A DNA stretch of 64,000 nt from Amoebophrya sp. A120 (lineage: Eukaryota > Protista > Dinoflagellata): contig CAJINV010000011.1 of NCBI GenBank assembly GCA_905178155.1, positions 3,591,076 to 3,655,075 on the forward strand, in the 5' to 3' direction. Positions 52,240 through 64,000 of the stretch are shown piece by piece. A model generated the notes under the pieces. It ran no database searches. It worked only from the letters and a program-made list of their open reading frames with translations, and was not told the origin of the DNA. How positions within the stretch are numbered: position 1 is the stretch's first letter; every line of letters starts with the position of its first letter. The position numbers were made by a program, and so were the translations under genes.

Positions 52240-55200
52240 ACGCTCTTCCTCGGACCCGTTGCAAGTGCTGCTCTTTCACACAGTGTTTTTGCTTCGATGC
52301 AAAATAAAAAGCATCGATAAGATGACGATGTCTCACAGCAGACGCTTCTCTCGAAAGAAGTACAACGAAAACTGAAAGAAGGATTCTAGGTCATCTCCCA
52401 GTCTCCTCTTTCATGATGATCGCCTTTCTTGCTTATCGTTTTCATCACCACGTTCCTATCAGTTTCAGTTTCACTGTCATCTTCAGAACACAGTAGATCT
52501 TTGCTTCACGGCTTCTGCTTCCGGTACTGGATATCGGAATGTTATTTGCATGGTATCGAGGACGAGTTATTTGTTCCATTTGCATAGGTAAATCTATTTC
52601 GCGAAGGGAAAGTGAAAAAGGCAGAGGAGAAATGAAATTTCGGAAGAAGCTGGCGTTGCGCATCCGCTGATGTGTATTCGTATTTTTAAAATTTGATGGC
52701 TTTTATACCCACAACCCTTAAAGTTACACTCAACATGACTCAGCAGACGAGGCGGCGTGGACGTCACAAAAACCGCATGATAGGAATCCAAAGCCGTGAT
52801 CGCCGCGTGTCTGCTAAATTGATATACTTTCTCAGCTAGCCGCGGCCTGATTCACACCTAATTAGTGATAGTACTACCATTTTTTTTTTACTACACGACA
52901 GTCGGCGTGTCATTTCGTCACCCTCGATGCGCCCTTACGTGCATGTATGATGATACAAAATTACGGTAGATGTGTTGTTTCATTGGTTTCATAATTTAAC
53001 GACCATTTTTGTTTCGAGGCATGAAATGCGAGGCCTTTTTTTCTCGTACTATTGCAAGTTCATTGACCTTCTGTCGGCACATTGATTCCGACCAATGAAT
53101 TTTTTGAAAATGTAAATGATTTTCCATGCATTCCGAGGGCCATGATAAGACACGCAAATGAAGGGAGGACTGTGGAGTGAATCAAGTTTGTTCATGCTTC
53201 TGGAACAGGTACCTACGGACGAGCAGAGCGCCGTGTCTGCTGTTGTACATCGAGCGTCTGCGTTCTCCGTCCGTATAATGGGTTTGCTGTACCTTATTGA
53301 TAGTGCAGTTCGTTGCATTGAAGGTCAGTCAAAATATGTGGTTCCAGTTGGTGGGGGAGCGGAGCGACATCTAATCAAATTGCTCAAAAAGGAAAACAAG
53401 CTGTTTCGTTTCACTCCGTCAGGTGGAGCTTCTACATCAAACTGATGAGTTGTAAGTTGTTGTAATTGGTTTATATTATATAACGATAACAAGTCAAAAA
53501 GATGGGAAAGAAGCTGATTCTGAAGGCAGCAATCTTGAGCGCACGAGAGAAGTCTTCACAGCAGACTAATTCTTTACAACAATTATCGAGCTGACAGCGC
53601 CGATACGATTTAAGGACGCACAACAGCACGACAAAAAACAACTTGATCTCATATATACAAGCACAACAACACAACATTAATAGTTTTAGTTCTGTACTAA
53701 TAGCATAGTTGTACATGCACACGACACGGTGGGAAAGCGGCGAGATGTTGTATGGAAGAGCAGAGATTGAACAGCAACCAGAACCCATTGGATGATCTTT
53801 CATCGTCCGCTATAGACATGGAGGCTGCAGCACTGCCACTGCCTCGCTTGGCGAGATGAAGCATGGATGAAAGAAATAGCTAAGGCAGGACCATGTGATC
53901 CGGACCTAGAGCTAGAAGACGCCAGCTGCAGTGCGATGGCAGAGCAAAAGAAAGAGGATCAAAAAGGAGAGTCACGTATTTACTTGCGATTGATAGGTTT
54001 ATTTTACTTTTAGTTTCTTGCGCTATCGCTGAGTGAGCGTGTTGACAAGAAAGACACAAGCACTAAGTTGAAGTTCGGGAAATATATGCCTGTCTGACCA
54101 CTGAATTTTTTTTGCGAATGAGAACGAGCTGAGCATGCTCCACGTCGTGCTGTCGACATTTAGATTTATGTATGAAAAAGATGATAGAAAAGCAAACAGC
54201 GCAGCATCAAACTGCATCATACATCCTACCTTTATTTGCACAGGTCGGTCCGGACGAGAGTGTATACTTGAGATGGGTGATAGTCCTGTGCTGCATGGTG
54301 CCACTCCTGTTTCATCCGATTTATCTACTCAAGAGCCAGGAATTGTGGACGCGAATACGGAACAAGATACGCGACAGAATCGCGGCCGGGACAGGAACAC
54401 GAAGAAAATCCGTACACAATCATTTTTGAGCAAAAAACACACTAGCATGAGTTGGCTGCTCTTGACGGATTTTTTTGCCAACTTCATTACAGTTTGACTT
54501 AGATACGAATTCACTCAGATCGATGAAACGGAAACAGGTTGTGATATTATGTACATCGATCAGCTTGTTTCTTATGTGTATAGATAAATCAGTGCCAAAT
54601 CCAATTACAGCATGCTCCAGTCCTTCGGACGGGCAAGACCAAGAGCTGGAAGATGGAGAGCCGCGCGGTCAGACCCAGCTCGACAACCTGTCGATATCTC
54701 CACCGTCGAGCTGTCTCGTAGCGATGCACGGCTCCACCGCCCTTGTAGATCGCTTGGGCCGCGGCACCACCACCACCGGCAGACCAATCTCACAACGCAG
54801 CTCTTCTTCCACATCTCGACGATCGTTGTCGGAAGTGCAGCGCCTGCGTGTCACGAACGTACTGCTGGAACAGGAAGTAAAAACAGAGAAGCAGGATGTA
54901 TCCCCGACAAAATCCCATGGCTTGTGTAAAGAGCATGCTGATGTACTACTACTAGCCACAGCAGCAGCTGCAACTTCGGGCAAAATGCGCATCGACTTTT
55001 TTGTATTCGTTGAGCTAGACCTAAAACCAGGTCAGAGGGACCACGTCCCGGGCTTGCCCAAGCGACGACTACGATGTGCATGATCGCGGCACCAGAAACT
55101 GCCCAGCTGGCGCACTGCATAAGTGTGTTGACGAATCCTTCTGACATCATCTTCCCAACGAGAAGGAGCACCACAATAGTCGTCACTTTTTTGATCATGT

Positions 55201-55690
55201 GCACTGTACTTATAGTACAGACTTGCAGTATAAGAGATACATCAAAAGAAAAACCGCTCGAGCCTCTTCACACTTTTTGGTTGCATACAACGCGCAGCTC
55301 CGAGACAGCATGCTCGAGATCCTGTTCGATAAGCTCGACGAATTCCATAAAGAGAATGCCATGTATTTTTTTGTTGATAGAGCTTTTGACTTCATTAGCG
55401 TGACCGCCTGGCTCAGGAATATGAATATCAGTACGCACATGTAGATTGATACGCAACTACTAACTCGCTTCGCCGCGTATTGTATGCTTTCGCTAATATT
55501 AGGCTGCATGCCGTGATGTTATGACCCGCATCAGGGGCGCGACAGTATATGTTAATGTTTCCGACAAAACGACAACGAGGACAAGGTGACCAAAAGGCGT
55601 GTGAATTTGAAGAATGTTGTGTCTGAGTGCCTATACTCATAATCACAAACACGCAGGTTACACGATCGAGTCAACCAAAAGCTGGATGCT

Positions 55691-56866
55691 GTGATGCACG
55701 AAGTCACAAGGATCAAGCAAGAGGCAGCGTCGAGCGGTGCGAGGACACGCGGCGCGACGAGAAGCGAAGCAGAGACCTCCTCAGCTACGGACCACGCCAG
55801 CGGTACGCAGATGCCGCTCGAGCAGTGGCAAAAACAGCATGAGGAGAGCTCTTTGGCTGCTTTCGCCGCAGCCAGAGAGCAGAATGCCGAGCAGCGCACG
55901 GTGTTCGGTGCAATTTACCAGATGTGGTACGAGACGCAGATGATTCCCGACGCGCTGGGCGGCAGCTGGATCGGCGGTTCCAAGCTGAGGAGCACGGCGG
56001 TCCTGGCGCTCCCTGACAGGGATCGAAGCCTCGACCCCTGTGCCAGTGGGGCGGGCAGCAAGGCGGCAGAGAGCGACACCACGGCGCCCGCGACGTCCGG
56101 CGCCAGCAGCAAAAGCACCCTCCCGCCACCACCAGCCACCAAGTGCGCAGACGAGGGAGCCCAGTCGTCCGGCGATTTGCCGTCCACCCCCTCCGCGCCC
56201 GCGACGCCCACGACGGCCGGATGCGGGAGTAAGTCCCTTCTTGCGACGTCGCCCCCTGCTGATGAACTCGGTCACGCAGCGCCTGGAGCTACAGCGTATC
56301 TGATGCAAATTCGCCTGGGCCCGGAACGAATGAGTAGTATAAATTTGTGATGCTGGTTGAGAAAGGCGCCAACACAGCCTCTTGGGATTTTGCAGTGTTG
56401 TGATGTGTTCTGCATGACAAAGCGAGCTTCTGCATGACAGAACAGCGGCGGAGCTTTTTTGTAATGTGCACGACAGACTCGAGAGTCAAGCTTGCCATGC
56501 ATGACAGACCTTGCATGTTCCCAGACCCAGACCCACTTGCAATGCATAAAACCAGTGCGATCTTCGCCACGTCGACCTCAGCGTCCTCTACGTCGTCGTC
56601 TCGCGGAGTGGCCATCTTACCCGCCTCTACCGCGCCACCGAGCAGTCCTACCTCGAGTGGAGGTCCGGCGAGATCGGCATCTGCGCCGTGTTCACAAAAT
56701 GCGTCAGGAAGCAGCTGCACCGCACCACCAGTTCGGTTTTCTCATCCCGGACCCAAGAGCCAGCTTGACAGTACAGCCACGGGGACTCGTCATGGTGCTC
56801 GATCATTTGCTTCCAAGCTGCAAGAGCAAACAGTAATTACAACAAGGAAGACCACTGGCGAAGCAG
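55691..56866 (+). CDS. Hypothetical S/A/P/T-rich protein, internal exons
   Basis: ORF 55691-56350 joins ORF 56434-56913 in frame (GATA|SAIFATS) on removing 56297-56553. GT donor (gtaagt) at ~56867. Gene ends not defined. Confidence 0.45.
56297..56548. mobile_element. Diverged family E-like introner with a decayed DR (cagcg/aaacc)
   Basis: tatctgatgcaaattcgcctgggcccggaa ... ttcccagacccagacccacttgcaatgcata; multiple gcatgaca motifs. Confidence 0.72.
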
Positions 56867-58945
56867 GTAAGTGCAAAATGCTTGGGCACTTAGTGGGCCG
56901 ATTTATTAGATAGAAGGCTGTAGCGTCTACACAGAGGACGAGATGGCTGGGGCCATGAAGCCTCCATGAAGGAAGAGGAAATTTGTGACCATGACAAGAG
57001 CACCTGATGAGCATGAACATGAAGCATGAAGCCGCATGGCTGCATAAGAGCTAAAGCCATGCCTGTGCGGATTCGACTTCGTTTTGTTGTATTTATTTCT
57101 AGGTACGGGAAGGCACGGCACGGTCGACTTGGTCAATAACATGTTTACCCCCGACGGCGATAGCCTCTTTGTCGCACACGGCCACCTGGAATATGCGCGT
57201 ACGACTCCGAGTCAGAAGCACAACGACACCGGCGAAGAAAAGGCAAGGGGAAAGCGGGGGAGTTTTTTAGTGGCGAGACGATGATAAAGGTGTTGTCGTT
57301 GAGACAAAGAAAGCTCCACCGCAGTGTTTTTTGTTTTTCTCTATCAGTGAGAGTGACTGCGCCAGGCATCTTCTTGTTCGCGTGCGTGTATTGTCATTTC
57401 CATTCCTGGTTGGTCATCGAATCAAAATCGGTGACAACGCAAATGAAAAGTGAAATGCTAGCAGCTGCTTTACGCTCTATTTGGATTTTTATTATTCGAA
57501 ACTTACAACGCAACTTTTTCAATTTTATTTTTTTTCAATATTTTACTACCAGAAGCGTCCTGTTTCGTGTGACGAAACGCACAGCAGCTGCGTACCACAT
57601 TGCAAAGAAGTGACCAGCATCCTCATACTTTTTACAGACGTCAATGTCAATGAGTTTCATTTATTTTTTTATGTTTTGTCATCATTCTCAATTCAACATT
57701 ATCATTATACTTTTCGGCCGAGTGTTGTTGGAGTCGGACGGTCACAGTCAAAGATGAGATTCATTTTCGGAGGTCTCCAGTAAGGAGAAGGGCAAGTTAC
57801 GAATAAAAATATGGCAAGCCACCTGTTCCCAAACGCACTTGCGAAATGCTACTAAAAGCAGGAATCGGAATGACAAATATGATTGGGTAATAATCTATAC
57901 AGTTAATGTTGTCGCTGGTAAAGCGAATTTATTCCTGAATGAAATGAACTGGAGAAGTCGATATATTTTTGGATGCATTAGCATACAGCTTTTTCTGACA
58001 AACACGAGCCGCAAACCTTCTAAAAGTTGACATGACCATTGAACTGGAAGATATCAACGATATTATGTTAGTTTTGGCAACTGCAGTAAAAGGAAAGCTC
58101 TTCTTGCCTTGTTTGCCAATCAATGAAGCGCAGGCACTGCACGAGACGTCATGAATGTTGGCCGTGTAATTTCCACGCAAGCAAATGAGTATTTCATTTG
58201 TGTTCGCTTCCTATGTATCGTCTTCGCACACTCAGACGCGACGAGTTTCCAAATAGAGCCTAGCTATCTTCCTGTGTGACTGCCTTCAAAACTAAAACAA
58301 GCCGTGCCATCAAAAGACACACAAGCCCATAAGCACCTCAATAGCTTGCCACCTGCCGAAGAGCTCACAAGCACCTCAGGGAAAAGTGCAACTACTGGCT
58401 GCGGAGTTGGTGCCTATATATCGGAGAAGTGATCACCTTTTTTATCGCAAATGCAATGGTTGCAAACAAAAACATGAGGAGGCTTCAGGAGTTAGGGTCT
58501 CTATTTTGATCCTATCGCAAATTAAGGACTGACTCCTCCGTGGTTGCGAAGAAAGACAGAGTCCGAGTCGTAAATGTGTAGACTAGCAGCGAAAAAGGTC
58601 GCGCTGCTACTAAAAGTAAATGATAATGAAGGAAAAGAGAAACAATAAGAATAACGCGTGGCGTGCTGGTCCTGATGCGGAAGGGTTGATTGTACAACTG
58701 TAAACTGAAATAATGATAGAGATAGTGAATAACTGAAGGAAGTATTTATTGGCTTTCAGTAACACCATCACCGACTCCAACACGAACCACAAAAGCACGA
58801 AACTGTCTCCACAAGATGAGGAAATAAGGAGCGCGCGCAGGGAAACGGTGCCCGCCATTGCAAAGAACGAGAACCCACTATACCCACGGCTCGGTGTGGA
58901 GCTATAAAGCCCTCTGCTCTCTCACCACAACTGATAACACGCGAG

Positions 58946-59839
58946 TTGGAATCGATCCCAACCCGTTGCGGCATCGGTGTTTATTCGAGTCGACTCTCGC
59001 AGAGCAACGGGTTTGCTCCTCGCACAACAATAAGAGCAGGCACGACCATGCACCAGCACCACACTACCTTCCCGGGACCTGGATCATCCGCCCCCGATCC
59101 GAGTTCATCGTCTAGCGGAAGTACAGGCAGCGCTTCATCGAACAACGTCGCCGCGGCGACTGCAATTGATCGCTACTCCGACCTCCCCGCAGGCTCCCAG
59201 CTGGTGCAAGATGCGCAGCTGCTCCAGCATCAGCAACCACAGTATAATGCTTCCATGAGCTCCTTCCCTGCCCCGTCAACGCTGACAAATCCACCGACGG
59301 GGTTTCACAGCGCTGGACAGTTACCTCCACACCATCACGGACAGCAGCATCAGCAAGATCCTTTCCCGCACCACCACGAACTGCAAATCGCAGCGATGCA
59401 AGGTGTTCGCTTGCACCCGCAGACCATTCCAATTCCAGACACACACGCACAGCGACAGCTGGCAACACTTACCGGAGCTGCTCCTGCGGGTCGTGGGTTT
59501 CTGTTCTCTAGTGACCCGCGCGTGGCGGAGGTGTGGACGAACACTGGGTCGACGATACAGCCCAGCAACAACACGGCGTTCCACCCGAACGTGGCGAACG
59601 CGATGGCGACGGTGGGCGCCGGAGGTTCTTTCATCTTCAACAACGCCACTTCTCATGACCCGAATGCTATGCAAATCAGCAGCGACCAGGACGACCACCT
59701 CGCGTCGAGTAGCAGGACTCTGGTTGCGTGTGGTTCGTCGGGGTCTTCGTCCTCCCAAACCAGCTCTGCTGTTCCGCCGACTCCAGGGACGCATCCCGCG
59801 TCCTTTGGGCACCAGATATTACTACATGCAAAACTGTGA
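58946..59839 (+). CDS. Hypothetical Q/H/S-rich coding exon; may continue in 60495-60875 (coiled-coil-like) and beyond
   Basis: 297-aa ORF with a composition like the other genes here; no domain recognised. Confidence 0.45.
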   Translation: MESIPTRCGIGVYSSRLSQSNGFAPRTTIRAGTTMHQHHTTFPGPGSSAPDPSSSSSGSTGSASSNNVAAATAIDRYSDLPAGSQLVQDAQLLQHQQPQYNASMSSFPAPSTLTNPPTGFHSAGQLPPHHHGQQHQQDPFPHHHELQIAAMQGVRLHPQTIPIPDTHAQRQLATLTGAAPAGRGFLFSSDPRVAEVWTNTGSTIQPSNNTAFHPNVANAMATVGAGGSFIFNNATSHDPNAMQISSDQDDHLASSSRTLVACGSSGSSSSQTSSAVPPTPGTHPASFGHQILLHAKL

Positions 59840-59884
59840 CCACAGACACCACAACCCGCCGTAAGCACGTTTACTATAGTCCTC

Positions 59885-60151
59885 TATGCACTGCAAATAA
59901 TTAATTTGTCTGGGTGTGGAAACCCAGTCTTGTGATGCTGATTTGATTGCTGCCGATTGCAACGCTTGCCCCCACGGCAGCCGAGCATGACAAGTTTTTG
60001 AAGCGCTTTCTCGTTCTGATTTCTAGCAGCACGCATTGTGAATGACGGCGGAGGCGGCTGCTCTTCTGCTGCTCACGCAACACAGATTTTTTAGGAATGC
60101 AAGACACCCTTTACAAGTTCAAGCTCTACTTTCCCAGACCAAGACATGATA
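59885..60151. mobile_element. Diverged family E-like element (267 bp), DR tcctc
   Basis: TAT...ATA ends; tcctc at 59880-59884 and 60152-60156; subterminal tgtctgggtgtggaaa/tttcccagaccaagaca. Confidence 0.65.
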
Positions 60152-63100
60152 TCCTCAATACTGAGACAATACTTAGTGAGAATTGGAATTCTTTTTCTTC
60201 TGTGATGCATTTACATTTACTAATAATCATAAGTCATGCAGTCGCTCTTCATCAAGATCAAGAAATTATATGTATAGCTATAGATCTTGTATTGATCGAC
60301 GAGAGCAATCGTATAGTAATATGTACATTTTCGCGCCGGCGACATGTGGCAGCGTCTACCTGTCTATGTACATTTAGCTTAGCTATTTACCCTACTCTGA
60401 AGAAGGACAAACTCAGTTTCAAATTGATCAGTCGACTGCTAAGTAGATGGCCGCAGTTTTGGTTAGGATTGGATAAGGCGCCGCGCCGGGAGCCGTGGTG
60501 CCGCAGTTTCACATCAGCGAAGGCACCACCCTCATGCTCATGCAGCACCTAGACGAACGGGACGAGCGACTGCGCCAAGAAATGCGGGGCATTCAACAGG
60601 TGTCAATGCAGCACACCGACCGGCGAGTCGCAGAAACCGACCAGCGAGTCGCAGAAACGCAAAACGAGATGCAGACTAGATGGAACGAATTGCAAATGCA
60701 AATCACGGCCATTCGCGGGCAGCTGGCGGAGCAGGCAGCCCGAAGGAGGCAGCAGGAAGATGAAGCGATCAGGGACGACTTGACGGCGCTGGGCGGCCCT
60801 GCGATGGCGTTAAGCGCGGAAATCGAAAACGTGCATACAAATGGTAATATTTATAGAGTAGCTGATAATGATTGATGAAGATCAAGATTTTATATATCAT
60901 GCCATGATGTGCCGACACTCTCTCACAGCAACTGCCGGGAACTAAATGCAAAAAAAAGCACATTCATGTGGTTTTTGTCTCCTGGGTACTTATGGCTGGA
61001 AGCAAGGTTTGAAAGTTAGTAACCAAGCTTGGCGGGGCTGAAAGGCGTCAAGAAGAAACAAGTTGTCAAATTACATATGAAACACAGCAAACCGCCCCAT
61101 CATTGCCGGAGCGGACATGGCTGCGAATCCAGAAAACGTCATTTATGGCAACTCGAACCTGGATTTTCTCCGCACTTTCTACACGACAATCATGCAACGG
61201 CACGGGCTGGGTTTATTATTTGTTCCAGACGAGGACGCACAGGAGATACACGGGACCATCGAGGCTTTTTCGTGCGCATTCGACAGGCGTACTAAAAGTT
61301 ATTCTCCTTGAGTATTCAAAAGCGTCATGTTACAACAGAGTTTTTTGTCCTAGTTTGTCTTGGTTGTCTGCCTATCAGGAATCCAACTTGTCAAGTCACT
61401 CACGTCCTGATCAGATCACGACCAAAGATGCACTAAACAAAGTCACTTTTATACAACTATCAGACCACGAAGACTTCGAAGCCGATGCAGTCCAGCAAAG
61501 AGCGAGCGATTGTTTAGTGGTTCTCATCCGTTTGCGGAAATTCTACGAGCATCCGGGCTTGCTAAACTTCGACGTGGCCATAGGAATTCGCCACCTGCGG
61601 GAGTACTATACTGGTTTCTGTTGTATGGCATTTTTTCCAACCCTCCCTTGCTTGTTATCATCATGTTGGTCGAAGGGGCAGTTGCAGTACCAGTGGCTGT
61701 CCGCAGATGATTTGAGACGCATGCATCCGCATGAACATGATGGCCGGGCAGTGATCACTTGGGCCCGTACCAACACTATTTGCAGATTGATGCAACAGCA
61801 ACACAATAAATATCAGATTGGTGGAGCGCCTGCTCGGACACTTCGACAATCTGGTGGAGGGGCCCAATCAGGGGCGTGTATTGCAGGACGTGCTAGATGA
61901 GGTTGATGCTGAAGCTGATGCCTATGATCCATGGATCATACCCCTCGCGAACCTTACCGCGGAACGGGTCGCCTGAGCAGGAGACGCAGAGGGAATCAGA
62001 GTCGTAATTGAGCATATGATAGATGCTGTCTGTTGCGCTCCTTTCCGCGTCCGTGTTGGTCTTCAGTCGTTTGATGGATCGGCTACTCAAGTTGAAGTGT
62101 ATGATATCTCTATGTCATTGAAGACGACAAATGCACAACAGTGAAACTACCCATACCAATACGAAAAAGCATTAGAAGGATTTTTTTCGCCTGTCAGGTA
62201 ATGTCATATACATTCAACATATTGATATAGCATATGTTTCACATCATTTTTATTTTTTTTGACTGGCCAGCCCCAGCTTTGATATCAGCATGGAAGTTCT
62301 TCACTTTCAACAAACTCTGTCGATGTGGGGTTGAAATTAGAAGGCTGGCATTTGCTTTTGCCGTTTCTTTCATTAGGTTTCTGTTATTGTTTCTAGCAAA
62401 GCAGCGCGAGCTACATTCTCGGGATCGGGAACGTGACGCAACGAGATGCAGCTTGAAGCTGGGAATATTGATATCGCAAACGCATGTTGAAAGCGCTCTC
62501 TGCTCATGAAGTCGAATGATGGTCGACGTGTATGTAATATATGCAAACGGGCGCCCAAGCCCGTGTCTCCATGCTCTCATGCTCTGTTCGGAAAATCGAG
62601 CCCAGTTCCTGGCGGCGCCAAGCATGGTGGCGCAGTTGGTGCAAAGAGGGTGCCTGCGGTGGGGAAGGCGAAGGCGAAGGCGAATGGGCGATCGTGTACC
62701 GACCCCCCCCGTAGTCGTTGGCTCGAGCAAGCGATGTTAGTGGCCGAAGGTGGCAGAAAGCTCTGCGCGGCGTTGTCAAGGGCGCTACGCCCCCAGCTGT
62801 GGCAGGGTTGGATCTTTAACGCAGGAACAGCAAAGACGAGCGGCCTTCTCTTTTTGAAACCAAAGGGGAAAGATTGCGCCTTTTGTCTGCATGACAGGAC
62901 TGGCACAGATTCCCATGCTAGACAGAGCGGCGAAAATTTCCCACGCGCAGCAGCCTCGTGAGATGGATATTGGCGGCAAGCGCGCGCGGTGAATTATGCA
63001 ACAGCGGGAAGCCTAGCCAGCCCCTGGGGGGCCCTTACTACCTCGGGGCCCGCGGCTTGCGTCAGTTTCGTTCTCGGCTTTCTTCGCACCTGTGAGCGAG

Positions 63101-63224
63101 AGGGCCGAAACCCAGTTCCGCCCGGCGCGGGCCGGCGTGGTGGCACAGGCAGGGGGGCAGAAGCGTTGCAAAATGCCCTGCGCGCGCGCTGGCCTCTCGC
63201 GGAAATTGGCGTGGTGGCTTGCCA

Positions 63225-64000
63225 CGGAGCAAAGCCGCGGCCTGGGGCTTCCCTTCCAGAATTGGGCGAGGCAAGGCGCTGCCCGGTTTCTCGAGAAAAT
63301 CGGGGCGGGGACATGAAGCGAAGCCGCTGCCGCGGCCAGAAGCTTGCCGAAGTTAATAAATTCAATCACCGGGCGGGCGGGCGAAGATGGCGCCCGGCTT
63401 CTCGCGCAAACTGACATGGGAGCACGGAGCAAATTCTTTCGCGGCCAGAAGCTTCCCGGAGCGAGTAGCCCACTGGGCGAAGGCGGTGCCCGGTTCCTCG
63501 CGCAAACTAGCATGGCGGCCCGGAGCAAAGTCGCGGCCAGAAGCTTCCCGGAATTCATTGGGCGAAGGCGTTGCCCGGTTTCTCGCATTTTCTCGCGCAG
63601 CCCAGCATGGGGGCCCGGAGCAAAGTCGCGGCCAGAAGCTTCCCCGAGTATATAACTCACGGGGCGAAGGTGGTGCCCGGTTTCTCGCGCCAACTAGCAT
63701 GGCGACCCGGAGCAAAGGCGCGGCCAGGAGCTTTCCGGAATTGGGCGAAGGGAGGCGATGCCCGGGCCCCCGCGCGAACTGGCATGGGGACCCGGAGCAA
63801 AGCCGCGGCCGGAAGCTTCCCCGAGTCAATTCGTTGGGCGAAGGTGGTGCCCGGTTTCTCGCGCCAACTGGCATGGGGACCCGGAGCAAAGTCGCGGCAG
63901 GAAGCTTCCCAGAATTGGGCGAAGGTGGTGCCTGGTTTCTCGCGCAAACTAGCACGGGGACCCGGAGCAAAGTCGCGGCCAGAAGCTTCCCCGAATTCAT
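63225..64000. repeat. GC-rich tandem repeat with a unit of about 81-102 bp, running off the window end
   Basis: The unit gggcgaaggtggtgcccggtttctcgcgc.aact.gcatgg.gacccggagcaaagtcgcggccagaagcttccc recurs at ~63475, 63560, 63662, 63743, 63836 and 63917. Confidence 0.9.

Noticed and set aside
25868-60658. Short in-frame tandem duplications (RDDRM x2 at ~25868-25901; TD(R/Q)RVAE x2 at ~60615-60658)
   Set aside because: Ordinary slippage duplications within coding sequence.
63225-64000. Repeat with variable linkers resembling a CRISPR array
   Set aside because: The repeats are too long and degenerate, the linkers are short and related to each other, there are no cas genes, and the context is eukaryotic.

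Overview
Eukaryotic genomic DNA with intron-containing genes. All genes I could reconstruct lie on the + strand. The alveolate-type cytosolic GAPDH, a DUF4116 protein, S/T/A-rich expanded proteins and many non-canonical introns suggest a syndinian dinoflagellate such as Amoebophrya (inference, not verified). The dominant feature is about 25 short (109-308 bp) insertion elements from at least 9 sequence families. Nearly all begin TAT, end ATA, carry terminal inverted repeats (TIRs) and are flanked by a 5-bp direct repeat (DR). Most sit inside coding sequence. Removing the element plus one DR copy rejoins the neighbouring ORFs in frame, and in the cases I tested no GT-AG or GC-AG boundary is available. 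They therefore behave as transposon-derived non-canonical introns (introners). Copies of one family occur in both orientations within a single gene, and unrelated families share an internal GCAT(G/T/C)ACA motif. Reconstructed genes: a class-3-lipase-like gene with 14 such elements, GAPDH, a small secreted Cys-rich protein, a ~3,880-aa FN3-repeat/EcsC-like/multi-TM protein, a ubiquitin-like + DUF4116 protein and several hypotheticals. Also present are a 1.1-kb GC-rich insert bounded by a 14-bp direct repeat and a GC-rich satellite at the right end. No transposase, rRNA, tRNA or CRISPR array was found. All gene models and coordinates were derived by eye and need RNA-seq confirmation.
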